A stretch of DNA of 64,000 bases from Spongiibacteraceae bacterium (GCA_002710725.1 PAKT01000092.1:278-64277); one strand, 5' to 3'. Counted from the first letter of the stretch, positions 48,097-58,999 are shown. The notes: generated by a model from the sequence alone, not told the origin. Translations and numbers: made by a program.

Positions 48097-50553
48097 TTAC
48101 CAGCGATAGGTAAACTGTGCCGCCACGTTGCGCGGTCGTTCGATAAAGGCGTAGTGGCCGATGGCACCAAATACACTGTTGGCCAGTGACATGCTGTTGG
48201 CGTAGGTGATGATCACCTCGTCGGTCAGGTTCTTGCCAATCAGTGCAAACTCCCAGCCCGCTGCTTCGTCGGCAATGGCCGCCCGCAGATTCACTTTGTA
48301 GTAGGCATCCTGCAGCAAGCGCGGGTCAAGATCCTGTGTTGGATTGTATTCCCCGGAAAACACCACATCAAAGGCGCCGCGCACAGTGAGTCCGTTAGCC
48401 AGCGGATTTTCATAGGCCAGCGACAGATTGCCCGAATAGTCCGCTACGTACTGGTTGGTTTTGCCGGTAAAGTCGCACAGACCGTCGCCGTCTGGATCAG
48501 GCTGCTGCTGAAAGCACTGACCGTTCTCAAATTTAGTAAATTCAAAATCCAGCACGGCCAAGGCGCCGCTCAGGGTGAGGCTGTCGGTCAGAGCGACGCG
48601 CCCATCGACTTCAATGCCCATGGTTCGAGCGGCACCGGCATTGCCCACGTTAAAACCCAGCGTGCCATCAAAAATGCTGACCTGCAGGTCATCGTATTCG
48701 GTTATGAAGGCTGTAGCGTTCAGGTCGGCGCGGCCATCCCACAGCGTACTTTTGCTGCCAACCTCTAGCGTAATAGCTTCCTCCTCTTCAAACTCAAAAG
48801 AGCCGATAAACTGCTCTTGCGGATCGTCCCCATAGTTGGGGTTGTGCGGCGCCGGGTCATCGGCGGCGGGAGATTGGTTGGAGCGCGCATCAAAACCGCC
48901 CGACTTGAAGCCCTGACTCAGAGTCGCGAAGAGCATGGTGCTGTCGAATTCGTATTGCAGAGTAAACAAGGGTGAGATATTGGTCGAAGAGCGGCTGCCT
49001 TCGAGATCCTGCTCTTCAACCGAGAGCACCTTTGCCAATACGGTGCGAACCTCCTGTGGGTCCAGCTGGCTACCGTCGTTGGTCAGTTTAATGGAGCGAC
49101 TGCCGTCCTTGGTTTCGTATGACAGCCGCGCACCAAGGGTTGCACGCAGGTTGTGGCGCCAATGCCAGGTTCCCTGAAAGAAAATAGACCACAGCTCGGT
49201 GTCGGTCGTAAATTCACGTGGGGTGCGCAACTTGCGCAAGTGTTCACCGGCATCGCCCACTCCCGCTGCACCGCCAAACACATCACCATCGGCTGGTCGG
49301 TCGCCGAGATCGCCACCGGCTGCGGCGTCGGCCACGTTCAGGAGTTCCGGTAAAATGGTGCTGTCTATGCGCACGGAATCAAAATAATCCAAGTCGCTTT
49401 TTTGAAAGTAACCGCCGGCGATGTATTCAAAGTTGTCGCCCACCGGAGATACCCAGCGGAATTCCTGGCTGAACTGGGAGTACTCTTCCTGCAGCAAGGC
49501 ATCAAAAACTTCGGCGCCGGTAAAATCCACGTCGGCCACTTCTTCAAATTCGTAGGCCATAAACCCCGTGATAAACGTCAGTACGTGGCCATTGAGGTCG
49601 TAGTCCGCCTTGACGGTGAGGTTGCGGGTATCGTTGTGGCTGTAATCGCCATTGGATGAGCGTTTGTAATCCTGGAAGTTGTTTAGCACCGACTCATCGG
49701 CGTCGATATTCAGCACGCCGGGTATCTGTGTATTGTTGAGTATTTCGGCATAGGTGCGACCGGCGAACAGCGGGTTGGTGGAGTTCGACGGCACATCTGT
49801 TACCACCTCTACTTGCCGGCCGGTGACGTCGAACTTGCCGGCTTCCAGCTTGGTCAGTATTTGCAACCGGTCGGATACGGCCCAGTCGATCAGCAAGCGA
49901 GCGGTGACTTCATCGCGTGCTGGCTCATCCCGATTCAGGGTCAGATTTTCAATATAGCCGTCCAGCTGGCGATAGCGCCCGGCAAAGCGAACACCCACTG
50001 TGTCAGTGAGCGGTCCGGACAGAACCAGATCAACCACTTCCTCACCGTGATCCGGCTCATAGAGCAGAGAGACCTTGCCCTCGCTTTCCTCGCCGGGGCG
50101 CCGCGAGTGCAGGCTGACAGCGCCGGCAATGCTATTTTTGCCGTACAGAATATTCTGCGGACCGCGCAGCACTTCCACGCGTTCGAGGTCGAGAAAGGGT
50201 GCACGGGAAAGCTGGGCACGGCCGTAGTAGATACCGTCAAAGTACATGCCCACAGATTGTTCAAAGCCCTGATTAATCCCACTGCCCAGACCGCGAATGT
50301 AAATGTTGGTGCCGATCCCGGTTTCCGACATGGTGAAATTGGGGATATAGGCCTGCAGGTTTTCGATCTTGTCGATACCGGCTTCCTGTATTTTATTGCC
50401 CCCCATGGCGCTCACCGATACCGGCACATCCTGCAGGCTTTGGCTGCGCAGTTGGGCGGTAACAATAACCTCCTCCAGTACCGGCGAATTGGCGTAAAGA
50501 CTGGTGCTGCCAAGCAGGGCTAAGGTTCCAATTAGTGTTCGGCGACGGTTCAT
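48097..50553 (-). CDS. TonB-dependent receptor
   Basis: LEEVIVTAQ, LRGPQ.ILYG, terminal PRN...FTYRW. Confidence 0.93.
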   Translation of the reverse strand: MNRRRTLIGTLALLGSTSLYANSPVLEEVIVTAQLRSQSLQDVPVSVSAMGGNKIQEAGIDKIENLQAYIPNFTMSETGIGTNIYIRGLGSGINQGFEQSVGMYFDGIYYGRAQLSRAPFLDLERVEVLRGPQNILYGKNSIAGAVSLHSRRPGEESEGKVSLLYEPDHGEEVVDLVLSGPLTDTVGVRFAGRYRQLDGYIENLTLNRDEPARDEVTARLLIDWAVSDRLQILTKLEAGKFDVTGRQVEVVTDVPSNSTNPLFAGRTYAEILNNTQIPGVLNIDADESVLNNFQDYKRSSNGDYSHNDTRNLTVKADYDLNGHVLTFITGFMAYEFEEVADVDFTGAEVFDALLQEEYSQFSQEFRWVSPVGDNFEYIAGGYFQKSDLDYFDSVRIDSTILPELLNVADAAAGGDLGDRPADGDVFGGAAGVGDAGEHLRKLRTPREFTTDTELWSIFFQGTWHWRHNLRATLGARLSYETKDGSRSIKLTNDGSQLDPQEVRTVLAKVLSVEEQDLEGSRSSTNISPLFTLQYEFDSTMLFATLSQGFKSGGFDARSNQSPAADDPAPHNPNYGDDPQEQFIGSFEFEEEEAITLEVGSKSTLWDGRADLNATAFITEYDDLQVSIFDGTLGFNVGNAGAARTMGIEVDGRVALTDSLTLSGALAVLDFEFTKFENGQCFQQQPDPDGDGLCDFTGKTNQYVADYSGNLSLAYENPLANGLTVRGAFDVVFSGEYNPTQDLDPRLLQDAYYKVNLRAAIADEAAGWEFALIGKNLTDEVIITYANSMSLANSVFGAIGHYAFIERPRNVAAQFTYRW

Positions 50554-50580
50554 TATTATTTTCCTCCGCGACCTGTTAAT

Positions 50581-51486
50581 TCATGGTGCAAACTGTTCTG
50601 ACAATTCGTCAACGATTTCCTGTATGGACTGCAGCTGTTTGACTGGTCCGACCGACTGACCTGCAGCCCAGATATCCTTCCAGCGCTTGGCATCCACACT
50701 GGCGCTGACATCCATCTGTGCCTTTTGGGGCATGTTGCTCGGATCAAGCCCGGCGCTTTGCAGGGAGGCGCGCAACCAGTTTGCAGCTACGCCGGTAATG
50801 GCGTCTGAGCAGACAATGTCATCCACACTGCTGTCGATCACCATCTGCTTGTAGCCATCCGCGGCCATGCTTTCGCGGCTGGCCAGAAAACGCGTACCTA
50901 AATAGGCAAGGTCTACCCCGAGCGCCTGTGTGGCTCGAATGCCTCGACCGCTGGCTATGCCGCCGCCGAGAATCAGTGGGCCATCCCAGAACTCTCTCAC
51001 GGCATCCACAAAGGCAAAGGGGCTGAGCGGGCCGGTGTGGCCGCCGGCGCCGGAGCAGACCAGTACCAGACCATCGACGCCGGCATCCACCGCCTTGCGG
51101 GCGAAGGTTGGGCTGATGACATCGGCGAATACCAGCGAGCCTGCTTTATGAGCCTGTTCGATAATGTGTTTTGGGCTACCCAGTGCGGTCACGATCAGGT
51201 CAGGCTGGTAGTGCAGCAGCAATTCCAGATCCGCATCCCGACGCTGAAAGGTGGGATGTACGATCAGGTTGGCTGCCCAGGGCTTGTCTTTACAGCCCTG
51301 TTTTATGATGTCCAGCCAGTCATTCAGTTGCTCGCCGGTGCGTGCATTTTGAGTGGGGAAGGAACCCATAATGCCGGCATTGGCGGCGGCAATAACCATC
51401 TCCGGCCCGGAGATCAGGAACATCGGTGCCTGTACAACAGGCAGAGTGAGGCGCGAGCACAGCGCTTCAAAACGGGACTGGCTCAT
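50581..51486 (-). CDS. Nitronate monooxygenase-family flavoprotein
   Basis: QAPMF, GAGGH, GGIASG, GTRF, W.AGQ. Confidence 0.85.
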   Translation of the reverse strand: MSQSRFEALCSRLTLPVVQAPMFLISGPEMVIAAANAGIMGSFPTQNARTGEQLNDWLDIIKQGCKDKPWAANLIVHPTFQRRDADLELLLHYQPDLIVTALGSPKHIIEQAHKAGSLVFADVISPTFARKAVDAGVDGLVLVCSGAGGHTGPLSPFAFVDAVREFWDGPLILGGGIASGRGIRATQALGVDLAYLGTRFLASRESMAADGYKQMVIDSSVDDIVCSDAITGVAANWLRASLQSAGLDPSNMPQKAQMDVSASVDAKRWKDIWAAGQSVGPVKQLQSIQEIVDELSEQFAP

Positions 51487-53102
51487 CCTTCGCTACACTC
51501 CAAATCTTTAGCCAATTCGTGGCGCAATACTTTACCGAGTGGGTTGCGGGGCAGAGCCTCGACCGCGACCACTTTTTCCGGCCATTTGAATTTTGCCAGC
51601 CCGCAGTTTTCCAGATGCGAACTTAGATCTTCTACCGAGACTGCCTGCTCACTGACGACAAATGCGGCGATACGCTGGCCGAGATGTTCATCGGGGTAGG
51701 GCGCAACGGCGGCTTCCTGTATCGACGGGTGCCCCGCCAGCAGCTGATCGATTTCTTCCGGTGAGATTTTCATACCGCCGCGCACGATCAGGTCTTTGCA
51801 ACGGCCAACGAAACGGTAAAAGGCATCGTTTTCACCGGTTATTTCAAACAGGTCGCCGGTGCGGAAATAGCCCTCGCTGTCAAACAGTTCGGCATTGGCC
51901 TCGCTACTGTGCCAGTAACCTTCAAATACGGTATCGCCTTTGATCACCAGCTCCCCCGGTTGACCGGCTCGATCGATAACCTCGCCGCTGTCCACATCGA
52001 GCAGGCGGGTATGAAAAACTTCGGCAATGCGGTTGTGCCAATTAAGGTTGGGTGCGCCAAAGCGCGGAAACAGACTGGCCCGTGCCTGTGAATCTGGAAC
52101 GTCTTGCGCATCGGATACCAGGCAGCAGCCCTCGTTGGAGCCGAACATATTTACGACGTCTACGCCGAGCTTTTCCTTGAAACCGGAAATCATCGACGGT
52201 GCGAGCGGTGCACTGCCGGAACCGATCACTCGCAAACTAGACAGGTCGCGACTGTTCATCAGCTCCGGCTTGGCCAGCAGGAGGGAAAGCAGGGCTGGTG
52301 GCGCTACGGTGTAGAGGGCCTTTTCCTCTTCAATCTGTTGCAGGAATACCGGCAGGTCCAGCGGGTGGTGCAAGGCGAGCTTGCCGTGTACCGACAGCCA
52401 GTACACCAGAAACACGCTGATCGCTGCCATGTTCACCATGGGGAAGGGGGCAACCATCGCGGCGCCCTTGGGCAGAGCGGTTGCGTCTTCAAAGGCGGGA
52501 ATCATGGCCAGCCAGTGACGGTGGCGGCGAGGCACGCCCTTCGGGGTGCCGGTAGTGCCGGAAGTCCAGCACAGGGTAAACAGGGCTTCGCGGTCGGGTA
52601 CAGGAACCTCTGTCAAATCAACGCTTGCGAGTGGCTTATCAAGTGCTATCCAGTCCTCGGCGTTGCTATCAATACTGAATTTCAGGGTGCTCTTTGGCGT
52701 TAATCCTTCGAAATGTGCTTGCAGGTTTTCGTTTTTAAAGCGGCTGCAGCTGACCACCGCGCGGGGGTGGGTGCTGTCGATAATCATGCGCAATTCGTGG
52801 GATTGGTACTGCACCGGCGCGGGGGAGATGATCAGACCCAGTCGCGCTGCCGCGAGATACAGAAGGGGCAGCTCCACGATGTTAGGTAATAGCACCAGCA
52901 CAATATCGCCGGCGCGCAGACCGCTGTCGTGAAGTTGCGAGGCGATACTGAGCGCGGACTGCTGTGCCTCGCTGAAGTTGAGGCGCTGTGCCGGTGTGCC
53001 GCAGAGAGCCGCCCGGTTGGGTGGGTCCAACAGGGCTTCCTGCTGCGGAGCGGCGCTAACAGCCTGCTGAAACAGTTGCCAGAGTGAAGAGACCTCGGCC
53101 AT
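51483..53102 (-). CDS. Acyl-CoA synthetase (AMP-binding)
   Basis: WTSGTTGTPKG, FGSNE, FRTGD, GR.KD...RGG, GKV. Confidence 0.9.
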   Translation of the reverse strand: MAEVSSLWQLFQQAVSAAPQQEALLDPPNRAALCGTPAQRLNFSEAQQSALSIASQLHDSGLRAGDIVLVLLPNIVELPLLYLAAARLGLIISPAPVQYQSHELRMIIDSTHPRAVVSCSRFKNENLQAHFEGLTPKSTLKFSIDSNAEDWIALDKPLASVDLTEVPVPDREALFTLCWTSGTTGTPKGVPRRHRHWLAMIPAFEDATALPKGAAMVAPFPMVNMAAISVFLVYWLSVHGKLALHHPLDLPVFLQQIEEEKALYTVAPPALLSLLLAKPELMNSRDLSSLRVIGSGSAPLAPSMISGFKEKLGVDVVNMFGSNEGCCLVSDAQDVPDSQARASLFPRFGAPNLNWHNRIAEVFHTRLLDVDSGEVIDRAGQPGELVIKGDTVFEGYWHSSEANAELFDSEGYFRTGDLFEITGENDAFYRFVGRCKDLIVRGGMKISPEEIDQLLAGHPSIQEAAVAPYPDEHLGQRIAAFVVSEQAVSVEDLSSHLENCGLAKFKWPEKVVAVEALPRNPLGKVLRHELAKDLECSEG

Positions 53103-53226
53103 TGCCTTTATTCTCCCTGCTTTACAGGTGCGCTATTGACAGTTGTTCTGTGAGTTCTACAATGAAATCCTACGCTTGCATTACAGAACCTGTCAACAGA
53201 AGCTGATGAACGCACCGGAGAATGCC

Positions 53227-54666
53227 ATGAGCGCGGTCGATCCCCTTCAAGATTCCAGAACCAATCCCCTGCCGGGCCCCAATAATAAAAACCCCTACCT
53301 GCAAGGGCTTTACGCGCCGGTTACCGAAGAAAGCACCTGCGTGGACCTAAAAGTTACGGGTGAGATACCGAAAGACCTCTGCGGCAGCTATCTGCGCAAT
53401 GGGCCTAATCCGCTGAACACGCCGGTCGGCATGCATCACTGGTTTGATGGTGATGGCATGATGCACGGCGTCTATCTGGAAAATGGTAAAGCGGAATATC
53501 GCAATCGCTATGTGCGATCAGCAGATTTTATCGACGACGCCAACGGACAATGTCCGGTCGCCGGGGTGATGGAACCGGCGACCATGAAGCGGGAACCCAA
53601 GGTCTATAAAGACACCGCCAATACCGACGTGATACTGCACAATGGCGAGCTGATGGCCCTGTGGTATATCAGCGGCAACCCGGTGCGTCTCGACCCGAGA
53701 ACACTGGATACCCTGCGCGAGGAAAATTTCGGCGGCGCGCTGCCACGCCATGTTTCCGCCCATTCCAAAACCGACCCGCGCACCGGTGAGTTCCTGTTTT
53801 TCGACTACGCCTTGTATGAACCGTGGATGAGCTGTGGCGTGGTGAATGCCGATAATGAACTGACCGGTTTCCAGACCGTTGAACTACCCGGGCCGCGCCT
53901 GCCTCACGATATGGCCTTTACTGAAAATTATTTTGTCTTGCACGACCTGCCGGTGGTGTTTACCGAGCAGGCTCTGCGGCAGCGTCAGTGGTCGATCGAA
54001 ATTGCCAACCAGCCGACGCGTTTTGGCGTGGTGCCGCGCAAGTGCAAGGGTGAGGTGCGCTGGTTTGAAACCGACCCCTGTTATATCTATCACGTTATCA
54101 ACGCCTGGGAAGAGGGCGACGAGATTGTGATGCTCGGCTGCAAAATGGTGCCCAACCCTCACGCGAATGGCGCGGCCTTTGGCCCCTATCGCGCCATGGT
54201 GGAAGTGCTGGCGCTCAATGCCATACCCAGCGAATGGCGTATGAACCTGAAAACCGGCAAATGCACCACCCGCGATCTCGATGATGCGATTGGTGAGTTT
54301 CCGAGTATTAATCTGGGTGTAAGTGGTCAGCCCAATCGCTATGCCTATGTGCAAGCCATTGCCAAAACCGACACTCTGAAATTCGAAGGGTTTTATCGCT
54401 ACGATTTTCAGCAGGGCAATAAAACGTCGTATTTTTACGAGCCCGGTATGTGTGGCTCGGAAGTGGCCTTTGCCCCGCGCATCGGCGCCACGGAAGAAGA
54501 CGATGGTTATGTGGTGGGGCTGTGCAGCCACGAAGGCACAGGTGAATCGGAGTTCAGAATCTGGGATGCGCGGGCCATCGATAAAGGTCCATTGGCCCGG
54601 GTGCACCTGCCGGTGCGAGTGCCCGCCGGCTTTCACGCGACCTGGGCCGATGCCCACGACTGGTAG
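53227..54666 (+). CDS. Carotenoid oxygenase / lignostilbene dioxygenase family
   Basis: RNGPNP, HWFDGDGM, four Fe-ligand His (SAHSK, PHD, YHV, GFHA), EFP. Confidence 0.9.
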   Translation: MSAVDPLQDSRTNPLPGPNNKNPYLQGLYAPVTEESTCVDLKVTGEIPKDLCGSYLRNGPNPLNTPVGMHHWFDGDGMMHGVYLENGKAEYRNRYVRSADFIDDANGQCPVAGVMEPATMKREPKVYKDTANTDVILHNGELMALWYISGNPVRLDPRTLDTLREENFGGALPRHVSAHSKTDPRTGEFLFFDYALYEPWMSCGVVNADNELTGFQTVELPGPRLPHDMAFTENYFVLHDLPVVFTEQALRQRQWSIEIANQPTRFGVVPRKCKGEVRWFETDPCYIYHVINAWEEGDEIVMLGCKMVPNPHANGAAFGPYRAMVEVLALNAIPSEWRMNLKTGKCTTRDLDDAIGEFPSINLGVSGQPNRYAYVQAIAKTDTLKFEGFYRYDFQQGNKTSYFYEPGMCGSEVAFAPRIGATEEDDGYVVGLCSHEGTGESEFRIWDARAIDKGPLARVHLPVRVPAGFHATWADAHDW

Positions 54667-54679
54667 GGATTAAAACATA

Positions 54680-55840
54680 ATGGAAGCTTACGTAATTGAT
54701 TGCCTTCGAACCCCGCGCACCAAAGCTCGTGAGGGCGGCAGCCTGGCGGAAATGCCCCCCGCAAAGCTGGTCAGCCGTTTGGTCGATGCGCTGCGCGAAA
54801 ATCAGACGCTGGACAGCGTGGCGGCCTTAACCCTCGGCTGTGTTGGTCAACTCGGTGCTCAGGGCGGCAACCTTGCGCTGCAGAGTAAATTGCATGCGCG
54901 CCTGCCCGAGCATTGTACTGCCATGACGTTGAACCACTTTTGCGCCTCAGGGCTGAGCAGTATCGGCCTTGCCGCGAACGCCTGCGCGCTGGGCCAGTAT
55001 CCGCAGGTGCTGGCGGGCGGGGTGGAGTGTATGTCGCAGGTGCCCTTTATGGCTGACAAGGCCCACTACTATCAGGATGCGGAGCTACCGTTAGAGGAAC
55101 GCTATATTCCCGTTGCGCTGTCTGCCGATATTCTTGCGACCAAAGAGCAGGTAACGCGCGACGAACTGAATGGGGTCACTCTGCGTTCTCACCAGCGCGC
55201 GGCGCAGGCAGAGGGCTATCAGCAATCGCGAATTGCCGTGCGTGACGCCGACGGCAAGCTACTCGCAGATCAGGATGAATGCATTCGCGCGAATACGACC
55301 GCGGACAGCCTGGCAGAAATGCCCCCGGGCTTTGAAGCCATGGCAAAACCCTTTCAGGCCATACTGAGTCAGCGTGAAATCGACTATCGCCACAGTTTTG
55401 CCAATGCGCCACCCATGGTCGACGGCGCGGCGCTGGGCTTGATTGCCGGGGCGGCGGGAAAAACGAGGGCGCGCGCTCGGATACTGGGTTGGCTGGATGC
55501 GGCTGCCAGCCCCGCCGATTCACTTACCGGAGGCATGGCAGCGATGGATGCCCTGCTAAAGCAATTGGGTTTGTCACTGCGAGACATTGATCGCATTGAA
55601 TTTATGGAGGCCTTTGCGGTGGTGCCCGTGTTGTTCGAACGGCGCTACGGTGTTGATCCAGAGCAGGTGAATGTGGGCGGCGGGCATCTGGCCAAGGGCC
55701 ATCCGATGGGGGCCACTGGCGCGGTGTTGCTTTCAACCCTGTGTGATGTGCTCGAGCGGGATGACAAAACCCTCGGCCTGGTGGTCGCGACCGGGGCCGG
55801 TGGGGTGGGCTCGGCCATGGTAGTGGAGCGCATGAAATGA
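54680..55840 (+). CDS. Acetyl-CoA C-acyltransferase (thiolase)
   Basis: RTP, FCASG, EAFA, GHPMGATG. Confidence 0.85.
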   Translation: MEAYVIDCLRTPRTKAREGGSLAEMPPAKLVSRLVDALRENQTLDSVAALTLGCVGQLGAQGGNLALQSKLHARLPEHCTAMTLNHFCASGLSSIGLAANACALGQYPQVLAGGVECMSQVPFMADKAHYYQDAELPLEERYIPVALSADILATKEQVTRDELNGVTLRSHQRAAQAEGYQQSRIAVRDADGKLLADQDECIRANTTADSLAEMPPGFEAMAKPFQAILSQREIDYRHSFANAPPMVDGAALGLIAGAAGKTRARARILGWLDAAASPADSLTGGMAAMDALLKQLGLSLRDIDRIEFMEAFAVVPVLFERRYGVDPEQVNVGGGHLAKGHPMGATGAVLLSTLCDVLERDDKTLGLVVATGAGGVGSAMVVERMK

Positions 55841-56259
55841 GCCATCCCATTTTAGGTGGCTGGAAACTGGAGAGCTGGACGATCAGCCTCAATAAGACTG
55901 TCACTCACCCCTTCGGCGAAAAACCAGTGGGTCGCATTCTGTACACGGCAGACGGTCAGATGAGCGCGACGATTGCCCGCGCTGATCGGCCGACGCTGTC
56001 TCATCCTGTTCCCGCAAAAGCGCCTGGGGATGAAAAGCTTGCCGCTTTTGACAGCTACTTTTCCTACGGCGGTTCGTTTCGCATTGACGGCGAGGAGGTG
56101 GTACACCGGGTTGAATTGTCATTGAACCCCAATTTTGTCGGCAGCGAACAGCGCCGTCGTATGAGTTTTGATGGCGACACATTGACGCTGTCGGCCGATG
56201 AGGAAACGCCCAAAGGCAAAAAACATCACAGCATTCGCTGGAGGAGGGCACAGAACTGA
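55837..56259 (+). CDS. Lipocalin-like domain protein
   Basis: LGGWKLES, G.I.YTADG.MSA, PN.VG.EQ.R. Confidence 0.75.
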   Translation: MSHPILGGWKLESWTISLNKTVTHPFGEKPVGRILYTADGQMSATIARADRPTLSHPVPAKAPGDEKLAAFDSYFSYGGSFRIDGEEVVHRVELSLNPNFVGSEQRRRMSFDGDTLTLSADEETPKGKKHHSIRWRRAQN

Positions 56260-57926
56260 TGGAACTGTTTGAAAAACACGAAGCGCGTTTTAGCGCCGCC
56301 CGTAAAGCCTGCAAAGAGCGTTTTCACTGGTCGCCCTTTCCGGAAGCGGCGGCCCAGGTTGCCGATGGCGAGGCCTTGAACGCCGAGGCCGAACAAGCCT
56401 TTGCGGCGCTGTGCAGCACACACTTTGAGTTGAACCTGCCTGGTGTTGTAGATCGAGTTGGTGAGGAAGTCTCGCCCTATACCTGCAAGCCTTTGGGTAT
56501 CAGTTATCCGCGCTGTGAACCCGACGAGCTGTTCAACGCCGCTGAGGCAGCCATGCCGGATTGGGCTGCGCTGAAGCCGGAGCAGCGCATCGGGCTTTTA
56601 CTGGAAGTGATAGACGCGCTGGAGAAAAAGGTATTTCTTATTTCAAAGGCGGTGATGCACACCGCCGGGCAAAGCCCGAATATGAGTTTTACCGGCAGCG
56701 GCGCCAATGCACTGGATCGGGCGATCGAGGCGCTGGTCTATGCCTACGAGGCCATGCGCTTTACGCCGGATACCGCGTACTGGGAACGCCAGTTCGGCAA
56801 GGCCACCATTTCGCTTGATAAAACCTACCGCCTCGTACCACGAGGTGTGGCGGTGTGTTTTACCTGCGCCAGTTTCCCTACCTGGAATGCCTGGCCGTCT
56901 ATGATGGCCAGCCTTGCCACGGGTAACCCGGTAATCGTAAAACCTCATCCCGGTTCAGTATTGCCCATGGCACTCAGCGTAAAATGCTTTCGCGAGGTGC
57001 TGGCAGCCAATGGCCAGAATCCGGATCTGGTAACGCTGCAGCTCGATACCCGCGACGAGCCCTTGGGCAAGATACTGGTCAAACACCCGCAAACTGCGAT
57101 TGTGGATTTCACCGGCAGTGCGCAGTTTGGCAGCTGGGTGGAACAGAATGCGCACCCTGCCTTGTGCTTTACCGAGACGGCGGGGGTAAATACGGTAGTA
57201 CTCGATTCCTGCAAGGATCTGGATGCGGTGATTCGCGCGTTGGCCACCACCCTGTGCATGTTCTCCGCGCAAATGTGTACCAGCCCCCAGAATATCTACC
57301 TGCCAAAACAGGGTGTGCGTGAGGGCGACAACTGGATACCCGCCAGCGAAGTGCGTCAGCGTCTGGCCGATGCCGTGCAGGCTATCGCCTCGAATCCGCG
57401 CAAGGCGGCCATGATACTGGCGACGATCCAGTCGCCCGAGACCGAAACCCTGCTGGACCATCTGGCCGGGCAGGCCGAAGTGATTCTTCCTAGTACTCGC
57501 TACGAACACCCGGACTACCCGAATGCGCGCACACGTACACCGCTGATGCTGAGTGTTAACAAGCAGCAGCGCGATCTCTACCTGGGTGAGCGCTTCGGCC
57601 CGGTAAGCTTTGTGATTGACTGCGACGATGCCGGCGACGCTCTTCAGCAGGCAACGCAGGATGTGCGCGAGGCTGGCGGGTTGACTGCCTTTCTCTATTC
57701 CACCGATGAACGCTTTATCGCACAAGCCGAGCAGGCCTACGCCCGTGCCGGTTCACAGTTGACCATTAATTTGACCGGGCCGATGCCGCTGAACTTTGCG
57801 GCGGCCTACAGTGACTTTCACGTAACCGGCTTGAACCCCGCGGGCAATGCTTCACTCACTGAATTGGGCTTTGTTGCCCAGCGTTTTCGGATAACGCAAA
57901 GTCGGCGGCCGAGCGGCGATGCCTGA
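56259..57926 (+). CDS. paaN: PaaN-like aldehyde dehydrogenase
   Basis: FPTWN, GNPVIVKPHP, FTGS, QMCTSPQN, AAYSDFH.TG.NPA.NA. Confidence 0.75.
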   Translation: MELFEKHEARFSAARKACKERFHWSPFPEAAAQVADGEALNAEAEQAFAALCSTHFELNLPGVVDRVGEEVSPYTCKPLGISYPRCEPDELFNAAEAAMPDWAALKPEQRIGLLLEVIDALEKKVFLISKAVMHTAGQSPNMSFTGSGANALDRAIEALVYAYEAMRFTPDTAYWERQFGKATISLDKTYRLVPRGVAVCFTCASFPTWNAWPSMMASLATGNPVIVKPHPGSVLPMALSVKCFREVLAANGQNPDLVTLQLDTRDEPLGKILVKHPQTAIVDFTGSAQFGSWVEQNAHPALCFTETAGVNTVVLDSCKDLDAVIRALATTLCMFSAQMCTSPQNIYLPKQGVREGDNWIPASEVRQRLADAVQAIASNPRKAAMILATIQSPETETLLDHLAGQAEVILPSTRYEHPDYPNARTRTPLMLSVNKQQRDLYLGERFGPVSFVIDCDDAGDALQQATQDVREAGGLTAFLYSTDERFIAQAEQAYARAGSQLTINLTGPMPLNFAAAYSDFHVTGLNPAGNASLTELGFVAQRFRITQSRRPSGDA

Positions 57927-57959
57927 ATACAAGCTGCTGCGCGGTGGTAGAATACGCCG

Positions 57960-58898
57960 ATGATTCAGATCACGACGCCGGGCCGGCCGGTTTCTACCGA
58001 GCTGCCTCTCGACAACCCCTTGCTGCACGCCCGCGCCATCAGTCGTGCGTTGGGTGTGGTGGGCGATCGCAGCTCACTGCTTTTGACGTACTGGGTCTTT
58101 CTCGGCCGTTTTCGCTTTACGGAGCTGGTGAAATGTACCGGACTTTCCAAAAGTCTGGTCAGTAATCGTTTGAAGCGGCTGGCAGAGCAGGGGGTAATTG
58201 AACGCCGGGATGTGAATGGCGCCAATGAATTTCACCTCACCGACATGGGCAAAGACCTCTACGATGTCGCGTTGGCCATCATCTACTGGGACAAGCGCTG
58301 GCATTTCACTGAAGGCTGTCTTACCCATCATTTGAAGCACGCCGCCTGCGGCAAAGAATTCAGCCCCGTCCCCAGTTGCGCCCAGTGTGAAGCTCCCTAC
58401 GATGCCCGTGCCTGCGACTGGCATTACGGGCCCGGCGCGCCGGATTCCGCGCTGGCCAGCGATATGCCCTCGCGCCGATCCCGCATTGCACCCTCGGCGC
58501 TGGATGCCAAACACCCGATTATGGACCGCAGTCTGGAAATACTGGGCGATCGCTGGACCGCACTGACCATAGCTGCTGCTTTTTATCGCGTCCGCACCTT
58601 TGGTGGCTTTCAGCAGGCGCTGGGCATTGCCACAAATATCCTGAGCAGCCGCTTAAGCCGCCTCACCGAACTCGGTATCTTTAGTCGCAACGAACACGGG
58701 CGTGGCGAATACCGTCTCACGGAAGAGGGGCTTTCCCTCTTTCCGGTTATCGTTACCCTGATGCGCTGGGGCGATCGCTGGTTTTGTGACGAGCCAGCGT
58801 TGGTACTTAGTCATCGGAGTTGCAACCAGCCTCTGGTCAGTATGATGGTGTGTGATCAGTGTGGTGGTCGGGTTGGGTTTGGGGATTTTTACTTTTAG
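57960..58898 (+). CDS. Tandem HxlR-type winged-helix regulator
   Basis: Two repeats of GDR(W)...L..RL..L...EY.LT..G..L...WGD plus H..C...C..C. Confidence 0.85.
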   Translation: MIQITTPGRPVSTELPLDNPLLHARAISRALGVVGDRSSLLLTYWVFLGRFRFTELVKCTGLSKSLVSNRLKRLAEQGVIERRDVNGANEFHLTDMGKDLYDVALAIIYWDKRWHFTEGCLTHHLKHAACGKEFSPVPSCAQCEAPYDARACDWHYGPGAPDSALASDMPSRRSRIAPSALDAKHPIMDRSLEILGDRWTALTIAAAFYRVRTFGGFQQALGIATNILSSRLSRLTELGIFSRNEHGRGEYRLTEEGLSLFPVIVTLMRWGDRWFCDEPALVLSHRSCNQPLVSMMVCDQCGGRVGFGDFYF

Positions 58899-58999
58899 TA
58901 CTCCGCCTAGCTTATTATCCGTTCCGCTATGTCATTGCGGCAGTCGCAGGAGCATGGCAATCTGGTTTTAATAACCTAATAACTATAAATGGCACTCCC

